From: an uncultured Anaerolineaceae bacterium
GTDB lineage: Bacteria; Chloroflexota; Anaerolineae; Aggregatilineales; Phototrophicaceae
DNA length: 64,000 nucleotides
NCBI GenBank assembly: GCA_964455365.1
Contig: CAYVVZ010000011.1
Coordinates: 29,607-93,606, forward strand
Direction of reading: 5' to 3'
In this document: positions 16,842 through 26,892 of the stretch, one piece after another
Position numbering within the stretch: position 1 is the first letter of the stretch
Layout: the number at the start of each line of letters is the position of its first letter
Translations under genes and position numbers: made by a program
The notes under the pieces: model-generated
Database searches by the model: none
Seen by the model: the letters and a program-made list of their open reading frames with translations, nothing else
Told to the model about the DNA's origin: nothing

Positions 16842-19550
16842 GTGGAACGGCGAATCGGGTGGGTTGCAATCGGGGTGCTGCTGCTGTTGACGGCGCTCTT
16901 CTTCTATAAACTGGCATTTACCGATTTGATCCTGGCGCGGGGTGATACCTACCATTATTTCTATCCATACTGGGATGCCCGCAGCGAAGCCTTCCGCGCT
17001 GGCGAATTACCCCTGTGGACGAGTGACATTTACATGGGTGCGCCGCTGCTGGCGAACCCGCAAATTGGCACTTTCTATCCCCCCAACTGGCTTGTGACAC
17101 CCTTCACCGCGCCAGACGCGATTCGCTACAGCATTTTGCTGCACATCTTCTGGGCAGGGTTGGGCATGTTCTGGTTGTTTCGCGTGGCGGTGGATCGGCA
17201 TTTGTGGCCTGGATTGCTGGCGGCAGCAGTCTTTGCCCTCGGTGGATTCCTGAGCGCTCATGTGGAGCAGATCAATCAGCTACAGGGTATGGCCTGGATG
17301 CCCTGGCTCTTGCTGCTCTTTCATCTCATGCTGCGCGGAAATCGGCGTGGATGGTGGGCGATTCTGCTGGCGATGGCCTGGGCGCTGCAATTATTCAGCG
17401 GACACACGCAGACGGTTTTCATGAGTGGGGTCATGCTTGGCTTGTATGCCCTCAGCACGGGAGTCACAGCAGAAGATGCCCGTCTGCGGCGGGTGATGGT
17501 TGCATTGGTTGCGCTGCTGGTAATAGCAATTCTCACTGTCTTGCTTGCCCTGCCGCAGTTGCTCCCCACGCTGGAACTCACGGGCATGTCCATTCGCGGC
17601 GGTGGATTCACACCACAGCAGGCGACAGCGTTTTCCCTTCCGCCAACCTATCTGGGACGTTCACTGCTGCCGAGCTATGACGGGCAGTTGTTCGGGGAAT
17701 ATGTGGGCTATCTGGGTGTGATTGGGTTGGGGTTGGCGCTGCTGGGATCGCTGCATTTCCCGGCGCTATCGTGGCGCAAAACCGCTTTCCCCTGGATTGT
17801 GCTGGCGGGAATTGGTTTGTTCTTTGCGTTGGGACGATTCAATCCGCTGTACCTGCTGCTGGTCAATCTCCCTGGCTTCGACCTGTTCCGCGTTCCGGCA
17901 CGCTGGCTGGCGCTGTTTTCGATTGGGGCGGCGATGCTGGCAGGGCGCGGGATTCTTCTGCTGCAACTGCGGGTATCGCTGCGGCTGTGGCAGTATGCCG
18001 TGATCTTGCTGCCCCTGCTGGCGCTGATGCTGGTGGGAGCCTTCGCACCGATTGACGCGCTGGATGTGGTGGGTTCGGCGACACCCACAAATACGACGTT
18101 GATTCTGTGGGGCATGGGGTTGGTGGTGTTGGTGGGGATATTTGCCCTGTCGCGTGTAGGGGCGATTCATGAATCGCCCCTACGGATTATCGTTTTTGCG
18201 CTGGTGATTGCGGAATTATTCCTCGCCTCACGGGTGCTGCCCTATAACGATCTCGCGCCGCGTGAGGTGTATCTGGGGCAGCGGCTGACCATCAGCCAGC
18301 TATTGGCGCTGCAAGAAGATGACATTGTGCCGGGGCGTACCCTCAGCATCAGCCAACTGTATTTTGATCCCGGTGATTTGGGGACATTGCTGGCTCGCTA
18401 TGAACGATTGGGCATGGATGAACGCGCCGTGCAAAATGCCCTGACCGCCGTGAAGAAGCAGGAGGTCTTATTCCCAGGACTCGGCCTGACCTGGGACATT
18501 CCCACGATTGATGGTTATGGCGGCGGCGTTTTGCCCACAATTTACTACAGCCAGTACACCTCGTTACTGCTGCCAGGAGGTTCGCTGCGCACAGCAGATG
18601 GTCGCATTGGGGAGATGATGTCGCTGCCGGAATGTCGCGGCGCGTGCATCCCGGATTTGCGCTGGCTCTGGTTGGCAGATGTTCGCTATATCATTACGGA
18701 TAAAGTGTACGACGTGGTCATTGAGGGTGTGCGATATGATACCGCGCTGCAAGGTTTCTGGGATACCAACCCCTATCCCATACCAGACCCCGATGTTCAG
18801 GATTTTGCATATGATGAACTGCGCATCTTATCCACTGCGCCGCTGGCGGGATACGAAGACCGTGCGCAGGTGATCCAGGATGATCTCTTTCTGACAGCAC
18901 TTGCACCGGGAGAAAACTACGAGCCAAGTCTGGATCAAGACAGGATGATTGCCGCGACGATTGTTGATACACGCACGGGTGATTTTCTGGAATTACAACC
19001 CACCAGAATTGAGCGCACGCTGTCGAGCGATATTAAGCTCTATACGCTGCCGCTTGAGTCTGCACGGGCGATGCTGGTGCGAGAGCTTCGCGTGCTGCCG
19101 GACGATTGGGAAGGGCATGAAGAAGCCCTTGGGATGCTCGATGCCAACATAGAATTCGTGATCCACAGCAATGATGGCGAGGTGCTGCCGATGGGCTGGC
19201 GGGATATTCCCTGGTGGGGGGATATTATTCGTTTTACGGAATACAGCGATACTCGTGTTGTGATTGAGGTAGCGAGTGAAATCAATACCTACCTTGTGCT
19301 GCACGATGCCCATTATCCCGGCTGGCAAGCCACCGTGAACGGCGAATCGGTTCCAGTCTATCGGGCAAATGTCATGTTCCGCGCTGTGCCTATACCAGAA
19401 GGCGAAAGCACCGTCGTCTTCGAATTTGTGCCGACGATGTGGTACGGCGCAATGGCGGCGGGTGGCGTGGCCTGGGTGCTGGCGTTGATCTTTGGCGGCG
19501 TGTTGTGGCGGCGCAGCACGATTTCACCAGAACAAATGCAGCAATCTTAA
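16842..19550 (+). CDS. YfhO-like GT-C membrane glycosyltransferase
   Basis: GTG 16842 follows aggagg. GDTYHYFYPYW ... GELPLWTSDIYMGAPLLANPQ, many TM helices, and a C-terminal HYPGWQATVNGESVPVYRAN followed by a final TM. The track start 16578 reads through repeats. Confidence 0.75.
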   Translation: MERRIGWVAIGVLLLLTALFFYKLAFTDLILARGDTYHYFYPYWDARSEAFRAGELPLWTSDIYMGAPLLANPQIGTFYPPNWLVTPFTAPDAIRYSILLHIFWAGLGMFWLFRVAVDRHLWPGLLAAAVFALGGFLSAHVEQINQLQGMAWMPWLLLLFHLMLRGNRRGWWAILLAMAWALQLFSGHTQTVFMSGVMLGLYALSTGVTAEDARLRRVMVALVALLVIAILTVLLALPQLLPTLELTGMSIRGGGFTPQQATAFSLPPTYLGRSLLPSYDGQLFGEYVGYLGVIGLGLALLGSLHFPALSWRKTAFPWIVLAGIGLFFALGRFNPLYLLLVNLPGFDLFRVPARWLALFSIGAAMLAGRGILLLQLRVSLRLWQYAVILLPLLALMLVGAFAPIDALDVVGSATPTNTTLILWGMGLVVLVGIFALSRVGAIHESPLRIIVFALVIAELFLASRVLPYNDLAPREVYLGQRLTISQLLALQEDDIVPGRTLSISQLYFDPGDLGTLLARYERLGMDERAVQNALTAVKKQEVLFPGLGLTWDIPTIDGYGGGVLPTIYYSQYTSLLLPGGSLRTADGRIGEMMSLPECRGACIPDLRWLWLADVRYIITDKVYDVVIEGVRYDTALQGFWDTNPYPIPDPDVQDFAYDELRILSTAPLAGYEDRAQVIQDDLFLTALAPGENYEPSLDQDRMIAATIVDTRTGDFLELQPTRIERTLSSDIKLYTLPLESARAMLVRELRVLPDDWEGHEEALGMLDANIEFVIHSNDGEVLPMGWRDIPWWGDIIRFTEYSDTRVVIEVASEINTYLVLHDAHYPGWQATVNGESVPVYRANVMFRAVPIPEGESTVVFEFVPTMWYGAMAAGGVAWVLALIFGGVLWRRSTISPEQMQQS

Positions 19551-19629
19551 GTTGTGTTATGGTAGAGGTTGTGTTCTACTGAGTACGGACACAGCGCACT
19601 AGATTTCTGAGCTTTTTGGGGAAAACACA

Positions 19630-21213
19630 ATGGAACATCTTAACAAACAATACCCCATTCCCAGTGAGGTAGAACTGCTTGCGGAAGTTTCGCAGCTTCT
19701 CACCGATGTTGATCTGGATAAGGTCCTTCAGAAAGTGATTGCATTAGCCGGACGAGTCGCAGGGGCTTCGCGTACCAGCCTGTTTTTGCATGAACATCAA
19801 CGGCTAAATTGGGAACGGCTCATTACCATTCGTCCGCTGACCCCGGATCAAACCGTAGAGGTTGCTTCGCGGGTGCTGGATGAAGGTTTTGCTGGATGGG
19901 TCGTGCGCCAGAAGCAGGGCGCAATCATCAATGACACAGAACAGGATGAGCGCTGGATCACCTTCGCTGACGACACCTTCGAGACTCGTTCTGCGCTCTG
20001 TGTGCCTTTCTTGCTGGAAGGCAATGTGATCGCAGTGCTGACTCTGGTACACGAAGAACCCTATCATTTCCAGGAATATCACCTGCGCCTGCTGGAAATC
20101 ATCGCCAACCAGGCCGCAATTGCCATCCGCAACGCCCAGTTATTCAACCACCTGGATGAGCAAAAGATGCGCCTGCAAGCCATCCTGCAATCCATTGGCG
20201 AAACCATGCTGGTGCTGGATCATGATGGCAATATTGAGATGGTTAATACCCCTGCCCTGGCACTGCTGCGGGTCAATTCCATGCAGGAAGTAGTTGGCAA
20301 ACATCTGACTGATTTCGCAGCCCATGAAGATGCCCTGCATCCCATCATCGAAATCATCAAAGCAGATCTGACCGAGCATCAGGACTGGAAATTTGAAGCG
20401 CGTTCTGAGAAGCGGCAGATGGATTATCAGGTATCCATGTCCGTCTGGCGTGATCCCAGTGAACGCCGTACCGGGTACGTCGTAGTGATGCACAACATCA
20501 CCGAACTGCGCGACCTTTCCCGCTTCAAAGATGAGATGCTGCAAGTCGTCAGTCATGATTTGCGCAGCCCACTCGCCTTGATTGCCGGCTACTCGGATAT
20601 GGTCAAGCTGGATACGCCGGATTTAACATCTCCCGTGCATGATTATGTGGATCAGATCCGCAGCGCGATTGAGCGTATGAGCAACCTGATTGAAGATTTG
20701 CTGCGCGTGGAACGCATTCGGCAGTCCCCCTTGGAATTGCACGAGAGTACCGATATTGCAGCGCTGGTCAAAGTCGTGATTGTGAACATGCGCCCCTCGG
20801 CACAGGCCAAAGGCGTGATCTTCCGTTCTGAGTTGCAGCTTCAACAGATCCCGCGCATCGTCGCTGACCCGGTATTGATCCGGCAGGCGATGGAGAACTT
20901 CATCAATAATGCGATCAAATACACCGATGAAGGTGGGGAAGTGCTGGTGCGCTCAACCTATGACGCGGATTACTTCTACTTTGAAGTGACTGATACCGGA
21001 GTCGGCATTCCGGCGGAACACCTGAATTACGTCTTTGAAGCCTTCTACCGCGTGGATAGTGTGAAGGTCGCACAGAAGGGCAGCGGCCTGGGACTGAGCC
21101 TCGTGAAGAATGTCATCGCCCGTCATCATGGCGAAACCTGGGTGCGAAGCGAAGTCGGTGTGGGTAGTACGTTTGGCTTCAAGCTGCCGCTGAATCCGGC
21201 AGCAAACAGCTAG
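19630..21213 (+). CDS. GAF-PAS sensor histidine kinase
   Basis: H-box SHDLRSPL, N-box NNAIKYT, G-boxes DTGVGIP and GSGLGLS, and an N-terminal GAF-like region. Confidence 0.88.
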   Translation: MEHLNKQYPIPSEVELLAEVSQLLTDVDLDKVLQKVIALAGRVAGASRTSLFLHEHQRLNWERLITIRPLTPDQTVEVASRVLDEGFAGWVVRQKQGAIINDTEQDERWITFADDTFETRSALCVPFLLEGNVIAVLTLVHEEPYHFQEYHLRLLEIIANQAAIAIRNAQLFNHLDEQKMRLQAILQSIGETMLVLDHDGNIEMVNTPALALLRVNSMQEVVGKHLTDFAAHEDALHPIIEIIKADLTEHQDWKFEARSEKRQMDYQVSMSVWRDPSERRTGYVVVMHNITELRDLSRFKDEMLQVVSHDLRSPLALIAGYSDMVKLDTPDLTSPVHDYVDQIRSAIERMSNLIEDLLRVERIRQSPLELHESTDIAALVKVVIVNMRPSAQAKGVIFRSELQLQQIPRIVADPVLIRQAMENFINNAIKYTDEGGEVLVRSTYDADYFYFEVTDTGVGIPAEHLNYVFEAFYRVDSVKVAQKGSGLGLSLVKNVIARHHGETWVRSEVGVGSTFGFKLPLNPAANS

Positions 21214-21260
21214 CCCAAACAATCTACACGCCTATACGTCGTATCGCCTGGCCTAAACGT

Positions 21261-21292
21261 GGGTTCGGCAGGAGCGAACCCCTTGTTTTTTT
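21261..21292 (+). terminator. intrinsic terminator after the histidine kinase
   Basis: gggttcg gcaggag cgaaccc followed by cttgttttttt. Confidence 0.7.
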
Positions 21293-21420
21293 GGCGGCAG
21301 GATGTCAATGAAAAAATCCCGTCCCAAAGATAACAAAATATACACTTATAAAATTGTTATGGACTGTAAAATATCTTAATAACTCCTTCAGTGGGTTTGG
21401 GTCTTTTGTAGACAAGCCTT

Positions 21421-21804
21421 TCAATCCGCATCGCTCCACACCGCATAGACGCGCTGGCATTCTTCCTGCCAGCATAGGTTGATGTCCCTGCAATCACGCC
21501 CCATGCTGATTAATGCCTTGAAGAATCCCTGCCCTGGGATGCCTGTCGCTTTGGAAACCACCAACGCGCAAAGCATCCCGCGTCCGGCAGCAAGTTCTTC
21601 ACGGCAAAGATCACGCAGCAGGGCTTGAAAAACATAAGAACCGGGATGCGGGGAAATGGTGCGGAGTTGTGCTGCAAGGTCACCATAGGGGATGGTGGCC
21701 TGTAATTTGGCAACACCAATCAGCACCTCGCGCATTTCAGCCTTCGCCGACTGCCACTGCTCCAGCGTGAGGCCGTATTTCACAGCATCAGTTCCATGTA
21801 CCAC
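21421..21804 (-). CDS. hypothetical protein
   Basis: 127-aa ORF overlapping the GNAT gene 3' end by 25 nt. No motif recognised. Confidence 0.45.
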   Translation of the reverse strand: MVHGTDAVKYGLTLEQWQSAKAEMREVLIGVAKLQATIPYGDLAAQLRTISPHPGSYVFQALLRDLCREELAAGRGMLCALVVSKATGIPGQGFFKALISMGRDCRDINLCWQEECQRVYAVWSDAD

Positions 21805-22232
21805 AGCCCCTCTTTATCTTCTGCTGCTTCGTGGTGAAACCCCTGCTCTGCATAGAACTGAATCAAATGGCGCTGTGCCGGATCAACATAGACGGCAATT
21901 CGCTGAATGTTGGCATCTGCATTGAGGGAGTCTTCCACACCGTAGAGCAATTCATCTGCGATGGTGTCCCATGACCAATCAGGCAGCACCAGCAAATCAT
22001 GAATCAGCTTGAGGTCTTCACAATCGCAATCTTCCAGAATCGGCGTGCCGAATTTGCAGAGGCCAACGATCTCGCCATCGCTGTCGGCAACGATCACGCT
22101 GAGGTTTTCGCTGCTGATGGCTTTTTCCAGGGCATCTGTGCGATACAGTTGTTCGTGTGCCTGCGCAGAAATTGCCAGCGCGTGCATAGCGGGGATGTCT
22201 TCCACTTCCGCAGGTCGAGTGATGATGGTCAT
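21780..22232 (-). CDS. GNAT-family N-acetyltransferase
   Basis: 150 aa with an acetyltransferase-like beta-alpha pattern (IVGLCKFG ... RHLIQFYAEQGF). Confidence 0.65.
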   Translation of the reverse strand: MTIITRPAEVEDIPAMHALAISAQAHEQLYRTDALEKAISSENLSVIVADSDGEIVGLCKFGTPILEDCDCEDLKLIHDLLVLPDWSWDTIADELLYGVEDSLNADANIQRIAVYVDPAQRHLIQFYAEQGFHHEAAEDKEGLWYMELML

Positions 22233-22311
22233 AGGTCTACCTCGTTACAAATTTCGGTTTCGTAGGGGATATACCACTGTATCCCGCAGAATTTTACAGG
22301 AAACGAGCGAC

Positions 22312-22710
22312 TCACTTCCCCATCGCCACCACCATTGCGGCGGCGTAAGTCTCCGCATGGGTCAGGCTGATGTCCCATTCTGTCAGGCCGAGTTCGGCAG
22401 CCAGTTGGGCGGCGGCTCCGTGCAGATGCAGCGTCGGACGCTTACGCGGATTATCCACCCGGATTTCAATCTCGCGCCAACTGACATCGCCAATGCCTGT
22501 ACCCAGGGCTTTGGCAACCGCTTCCTTGCCTGCCAGCCGTGCCGCCAGGCGATGCGGTTTGTCTTCGCAGTCGGTGCGCTCTCCTGCTGTGAAAAAGCGA
22601 TTCAGGAAGCGTTCTCCCAGTCGCTCGATGCCCCCCGCGACCCGTTCATGTTCAATGAGATCAATACCACAGCGCAGCACAGGCGGTTCCTCTCCTTGTC
22701 GATTCGTCAC
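22312..22710 (-). CDS. acpS: holo-ACP synthase (4'-phosphopantetheinyl transferase)
   Basis: GIDLIEHERV start, AGKEAVAKALG, and SLTHAETYAAAMVV at the C-terminus. Confidence 0.88.
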   Translation of the reverse strand: MTNRQGEEPPVLRCGIDLIEHERVAGGIERLGERFLNRFFTAGERTDCEDKPHRLAARLAGKEAVAKALGTGIGDVSWREIEIRVDNPRKRPTLHLHGAAAQLAAELGLTEWDISLTHAETYAAAMVVAMGK

Positions 22711-22787
22711 AAAATGCTACCCTTTGCAGGGTAAAATGAACAGTCGATCTTCAGCAGGGAAGTAACCAAGTGTCCTATCAATACGAT

Positions 22788-22850
22788 GTTTCACCACGAA
22801 GACACAAAGGACACGAAGAAATGCGTAGGGTTGATCCAGCGGGTCACCCG
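22788..22850 (-). repeat. family-A repeat (reverse orientation)
   Basis: gtttcaccacgaagacacaaaggacacgaagaaatgcgtagggttgatccagcggg is the reverse complement of the module at 16655-16720. Confidence 0.8.
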
Positions 22851-22922
22851 AAATGCCCATTCTATTCGCAGAAAATCTTACCGGAACTGCTGAGAGTCAG
22901 AGGCGCAAAGGGATTTCTTTTT

Positions 22923-23906
22923 ATGTACCGCTTCTGGGTGTGGCCTTTACTGGCAATATTGCTGATGAGCTGCCAACCAGGGACAACCACGCTCCCGACC
23001 CGTGCGCTGTTGGCTGCAACCAGCATCCCCACGCGCACCCCAGCGCCGGATTTATTCAGCACCGCGACGCCGACGAATGCGCCAACTGCCACAATCAATC
23101 CCATCAGTACCCCACCCCCGGCACAAATCGCGCAAATCACAGTCGTCACGGCAGGCGCTTCTCCCATCTTCACGCCCACACAGCCTGCCAGCGCAACCCC
23201 ACTCCCGCCGATTTTCGTCTTCGGACGATCTGCCGCTGGACGCGAAATCCTGGCCTATCGCTACGGCTTCGGCAGCCAGATTGTGATGCTGGTGGGTGGC
23301 ATCCACGCCGGATTTGAGGCGAACACGATTCGCTTGCTGGAAGAATTGCAGACGCATTTCAGCGAGAACCTGGGCGACATCCAGCCAGAGATCACGCTGA
23401 TTTTCATTCCAGTGCTGAACGTCGATGGTGTGGAATATGGGCGTACCTTGCGCGGACGTTACAACGGCAATGGCGTAGACCTCAACCGGAACTGGGGGTG
23501 TGAGTGGGCAGAGCAAGCCTTCTTCCAGGATGAGTCCGTGAATCCCGGCACAGAACCTTTCTCCGAACCAGAGACACGGGCGCTCGGCAGTCTGATTGAA
23601 CGCACACGTCCCGCTGCGGTGATCTTCTACCATGCGGCTGCGAATGGAGTCTTCGCCGGAAACTGCCCTACCGAGAATGATATTTCCGATGATCTAGGGC
23701 TGCTCTATGGGCAAGCATCCGGTTATCCATCCGGCGGCGTATTCAGCGATTATGTGGTGACGGGAAGCGCTCCGGCCTGGGTCAGCAGCCTGGGGATTCC
23801 GGCGCTGGATGTGGAATTAGCCACAGCAGACGGCACAGAATTCACACGCAACCTGAACGCCATCCTCGCTGTGCAGCGCTGGCTCATCAATCGCCTGCCG
23901 CAGTAA
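22923..23906 (+). CDS. M14-like zinc carboxypeptidase, lipoprotein/secreted
   Basis: Start moved to ATG 22923 (MYRFWVWPLLAILLMSCQ, lipobox-like). Pro/Thr-rich linker, then GGIHAGFEAN, NVDG, VDLNRNW and FYHAAANG. Confidence 0.68.
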   Translation: MYRFWVWPLLAILLMSCQPGTTTLPTRALLAATSIPTRTPAPDLFSTATPTNAPTATINPISTPPPAQIAQITVVTAGASPIFTPTQPASATPLPPIFVFGRSAAGREILAYRYGFGSQIVMLVGGIHAGFEANTIRLLEELQTHFSENLGDIQPEITLIFIPVLNVDGVEYGRTLRGRYNGNGVDLNRNWGCEWAEQAFFQDESVNPGTEPFSEPETRALGSLIERTRPAAVIFYHAAANGVFAGNCPTENDISDDLGLLYGQASGYPSGGVFSDYVVTGSAPAWVSSLGIPALDVELATADGTEFTRNLNAILAVQRWLINRLPQ

Positions 23907-23940
23907 GCAAGCAAACACGAAGCCTCATGTAGTTCATAAT

Positions 23941-23980
23941 GGTTTTCACCACAAAGATACGAAGGACACGAAGAAAACGG
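23941..23980 (-). repeat. family-A repeat (reverse orientation)
   Basis: ggttttcaccacaaagatacgaaggacacgaagaaaacgg lies 35 nt after the carboxypeptidase stop. Confidence 0.8.
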
Positions 23981-24012
23981 CAATTCTTAACTGATGTACA
24001 GGCTTATGAGCA

Positions 24013-24133
24013 GGATAGGATACTCAGGGCAATCGCGTAATGCCTCAGCATTTCGGATCATCAGCCGCAAAGTACATTTTTTGCGTACAACACACCCGCA
24101 AAATGCTTTTGCTGACGGCTGACAACTGATAGC
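24013..24133 (+). repeat. family-D repeat, copy 1
   Basis: Aligns colinearly with 42303-42425 (ggatagg..actcag.gc.atcg ... ctcagcatttc ... ttttgctga.ggctga...ctgagagc) at roughly two-thirds identity by eye. Confidence 0.6.
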
Positions 24134-24188
24134 TTACGCTCATCGAAGCTGAACGGGTTGATTGCAAGCTACTGCGTAACATCAATTT

Positions 24189-24713
24189 TTAGTTCAAATC
24201 GTCGGCGGCTTGTAGGCGGACTAGCAGCGGGTGATACGGATGGTCGCGCCATTGGTCGGCAGTTTCCTGGTGATGCAGCACCAGCCAGAGCGCACGCGGA
24301 GCAATTGACGATGTTTCCAGCAGTTCTGCGCCCCACTGCGGATGATAGCGGTAGACCGCAAAAGGCGCACGGAAATCATCCAGCGTACCCGGTTTGCTCC
24401 AGGAGTCATACAAGGACGGGGAAAATTTACGCAGCAGGACAACGGCGGTACGCTGCCAGATTGCCATACGATAGCGAATTTTGCCGATGTCGTGCAGCAG
24501 TGCCGCAACCGCCAAATCATGCGGGGTATTGGCTTGCTGTGCCAGCACCGCACGCAGCACATTCAGGCTGTGCAATTGTTCGCTGCGATCTAACTGCCGG
24601 AATAATGCAAGCTGCGCATCGTTTAGATACTGCGCAGCCAGCGCATAATCGACTTCCTGGGTGAAGGAGAACAGCGCCCGAACACCCTGTTGTATGCGCT
24701 GCAAGGCCGCCAT
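24189..24713 (-). CDS. HD-domain phosphohydrolase-like protein
   Basis: LHDIGK HD motif and a histidine upstream (EQLHSLNV). 174 aa. Confidence 0.7.
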   Translation of the reverse strand: MAALQRIQQGVRALFSFTQEVDYALAAQYLNDAQLALFRQLDRSEQLHSLNVLRAVLAQQANTPHDLAVAALLHDIGKIRYRMAIWQRTAVVLLRKFSPSLYDSWSKPGTLDDFRAPFAVYRYHPQWGAELLETSSIAPRALWLVLHHQETADQWRDHPYHPLLVRLQAADDLN

Positions 24714-24715
24714 AC

Positions 24716-25471
24716 TTAACTGCCGAGCAGCAAGGCGCTGATGCGGAAGGTCGGTCCACCAATCAAGAAGCCAAATAGATCCAACTGCGGCACAGCGAAA
24801 CTGAGCATCAACAGGCCGAAGAATACATACTGCGTGGCCTGCGCCCAGGCTTGCCAGGTGAACGCGGGTTCATAGAGCAAATTCGCAACCGGGCGGAGGC
24901 TCTGCCACAAGAAGGATGGGATTTGCTTCCTGGTCAGGCCGCGTCCGGGAAGGACTGCCAGCATCATGCGCCAGCCATCCAGCGGGAACAGCGGCAGCAA
25001 ATTGAAGACAAACAGCAGCACGTTGAAGAACACACCATACGTCAGCAGCAGAGTGAAAAATTCAAAGAAGCGCGATTGCAGGAAATCAGGTCCCAGGCCA
25101 GATAAGAAGGAAAGGCCGGGTTCACTCAGCAGCAGACGGGTAATCAATGCAAAGAATGCTGCCTGGATCAAATTCGAGATTGGCCCTGCGAAGGATGTCC
25201 AGAAACTGCCCCAACGTGGATTGCGCATTTTGGCGGGATTCACGGGGACAGAACCGAGGATACCAAAGCCGATAATCAGGAACATCAGCCAGCCTACCCA
25301 GTTGATATGCACAATCGGGTTCGGGGTCAGGCGACCATTCTGGCGCGGAGTGGGGTCCCCCCACCAGTCCGCGATGAAAGCATGCGCGTATTCATGCCAT
25401 CCCATGCCGAAGAATAGGACGATGCCAGCCGCGAGTAAGCCTTCAACTGAAATGTTGTTCATTAATAACAT
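24716..25471 (-). CDS. site-2 protease (M50)-family membrane metalloprotease-like protein
   Basis: HEYAHAF HExxH inside a TM helix, and polytopic. Start moved to ATG 25471 (MLLMNNISVEG) because the track extension runs into repeat DNA. Confidence 0.7.
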   Translation of the reverse strand: MLLMNNISVEGLLAAGIVLFFGMGWHEYAHAFIADWWGDPTPRQNGRLTPNPIVHINWVGWLMFLIIGFGILGSVPVNPAKMRNPRWGSFWTSFAGPISNLIQAAFFALITRLLLSEPGLSFLSGLGPDFLQSRFFEFFTLLLTYGVFFNVLLFVFNLLPLFPLDGWRMMLAVLPGRGLTRKQIPSFLWQSLRPVANLLYEPAFTWQAWAQATQYVFFGLLMLSFAVPQLDLFGFLIGGPTFRISALLLGS

Positions 25472-25562
25472 GGGACGTTGAACTCCATGCACATTTGCGA
25501 TGCGATTGTTCGCATTATAGCATACGAGGTCTATCCCCTTGTGCATGTTTCGGATTAGAATT

Positions 25563-25637
25563 TGTCTCGTTCTAACGTTTTTGGTGGAATTCACCTCACC
25601 CCTACTCGCTTTGCTCGTTTTCCCCTCTCCAAATTGG
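25563..25637 (+). repeat. outer arm of the left copy of the inverted hairpin element
   Basis: Reverse complement matches 32473-32549 almost perfectly (...cctcacccctactcgctttgctcgttttcccctctccaaattgg). Confidence 0.85.
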
Positions 25638-25685
25638 TATCTATTCACGTATCCGTGAGAAATTTCGGATTTTGCGAAAAATGTA

Positions 25686-25789
25686 CCTCACCCCTAAATC
25701 CCCTCTCCAAGTGGAGAGGGGACTTTCCCAGCCAGCTCTGACAAGTTTTGCTCCCCCTCGCCGGACGGAGAGGGGGCTGGGGGGTGAGG
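25686..25789. repeat. related hairpin element nested between the two arms
   Basis: cctcacccc ... cccctctccaagtggagagggg ... ccccctcgccggacggagaggggg ... ggggtgagg. It has the same terminal pairing as the flanking element. Confidence 0.7.
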
Positions 25790-25980
25790 TGAAAAAGGCG
25801 AGAGTACCCCCATACCCACGACAATTCAGACTAAACCTGATGGCTATGGTCGCTCCTACAACATGAACTCCGTGTTTCATTGTAAAATCGCATCATTGCG
25901 CCCCTACGATTCACGAAGGCTTTGTGGGGATGAGATTTACCTCATCCGCTGCAACACCTCATGGATAGCTGAATAATTAC

Positions 25981-26077
25981 CCAATTTGGAGAAGGGAGGC
26001 AAGACCGGAGGCCTGAAAGGGGTGAGGTAGAGTCATAAAAGACAACTCAGAAAATTTCCACCAATTCCGGTAGAACC
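25981..26077 (+). repeat. inner arm of the left copy of the inverted hairpin element
   Basis: Reverse complement aligns with 32385-32481 at roughly 85 percent identity by eye. Confidence 0.8.
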
Positions 26078-26283
26078 AGGAATTGGTCATTCCGCACCAG
26101 CAATTGCCGCAAAGAAGCAGCCCCTGCACCTACTGCCGTAACCATCTTGCCAGTTTGGGTTTTTATTTTCGCTGCGGCAACATGGCGCAGAATGGTCTCG
26201 GTCATCCCTTGCTGAGAAGTATGGTTTCGCGCTAGATTACGGACATCACACGCTCACCAAAAGATAGCGAAGTACAGGAACAC

Positions 26284-26892
26284 ATGGTACATATTGGCAT
26301 TCTGGCGCTGCAAGGCGCTTTCATTGAACATCAGAAGATGCTGGAAAAAGTCGGTGCGGCGGTCACACAGGTGCGGCTGCCTGAACAACTTCACGAACTG
26401 GATGGGCTGGTCATCCCTGGGGGTGAAAGTACCACCATCGGCAAGCTGGCAACGGCTTATGGTTTGATTGAGCCATTGCGCAAGTTCGCAGCAGAAAAGC
26501 CCACCTGGGGAACATGCGCCGGATTGATCTTCCTGGCGGATGACATCGGCGAATATGAGCAGCCGATCCTCGGATTGCTGCATGCCCAGGTAGATCGCAA
26601 TGCATTCGGGCGGCAGCGGGATAGTTTTGAGGTGTCGCTGCCAATAGCCGGAGCCGCGACTGCGCCACCCTTCCAGGCGATCTTCATTCGCGCTCCATTG
26701 GTGCGCAAGGTGGGAGATGATGTTGAAGTCTTGGCACAATTAGCGGATGGTGGTATTGTCGCAGTACAGCAGCAGCACCTGCTCGGCACGGCATTTCACC
26801 CGGAATTGACGCAAGATTTGCGCGTGCATCAGTATTTTTATGATATGGTTGCAGCAACGAGTAGCTCTGTACAAAAGGGGACAGAAAGATGA
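26284..26892 (+). CDS. pdxT: pyridoxal 5'-phosphate synthase glutaminase subunit
   Basis: IGILALQGAFIEH, GLVIPGGESTT, GTCAGLIFL (catalytic Cys) and TAFHPELT. Confidence 0.9.
   Translation: MVHIGILALQGAFIEHQKMLEKVGAAVTQVRLPEQLHELDGLVIPGGESTTIGKLATAYGLIEPLRKFAAEKPTWGTCAGLIFLADDIGEYEQPILGLLHAQVDRNAFGRQRDSFEVSLPIAGAATAPPFQAIFIRAPLVRKVGDDVEVLAQLADGGIVAVQQQHLLGTAFHPELTQDLRVHQYFYDMVAATSSSVQKGTER

Noticed and set aside
26047-26205. 52-aa minus-strand ORF (MTETILRHVAAAKIKTQTGKMVTAVGAGAASLRQLLVRNDQFLVLPELVEIF) upstream of pdxT, vaguely antitoxin-like
   Set aside because: Its last about 10 codons lie inside the repeat arm 25981-26077, whose other copy (32385-) encodes the same LVLPELVEI string in non-coding context. 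There is no partner gene and no RBS that I could see.
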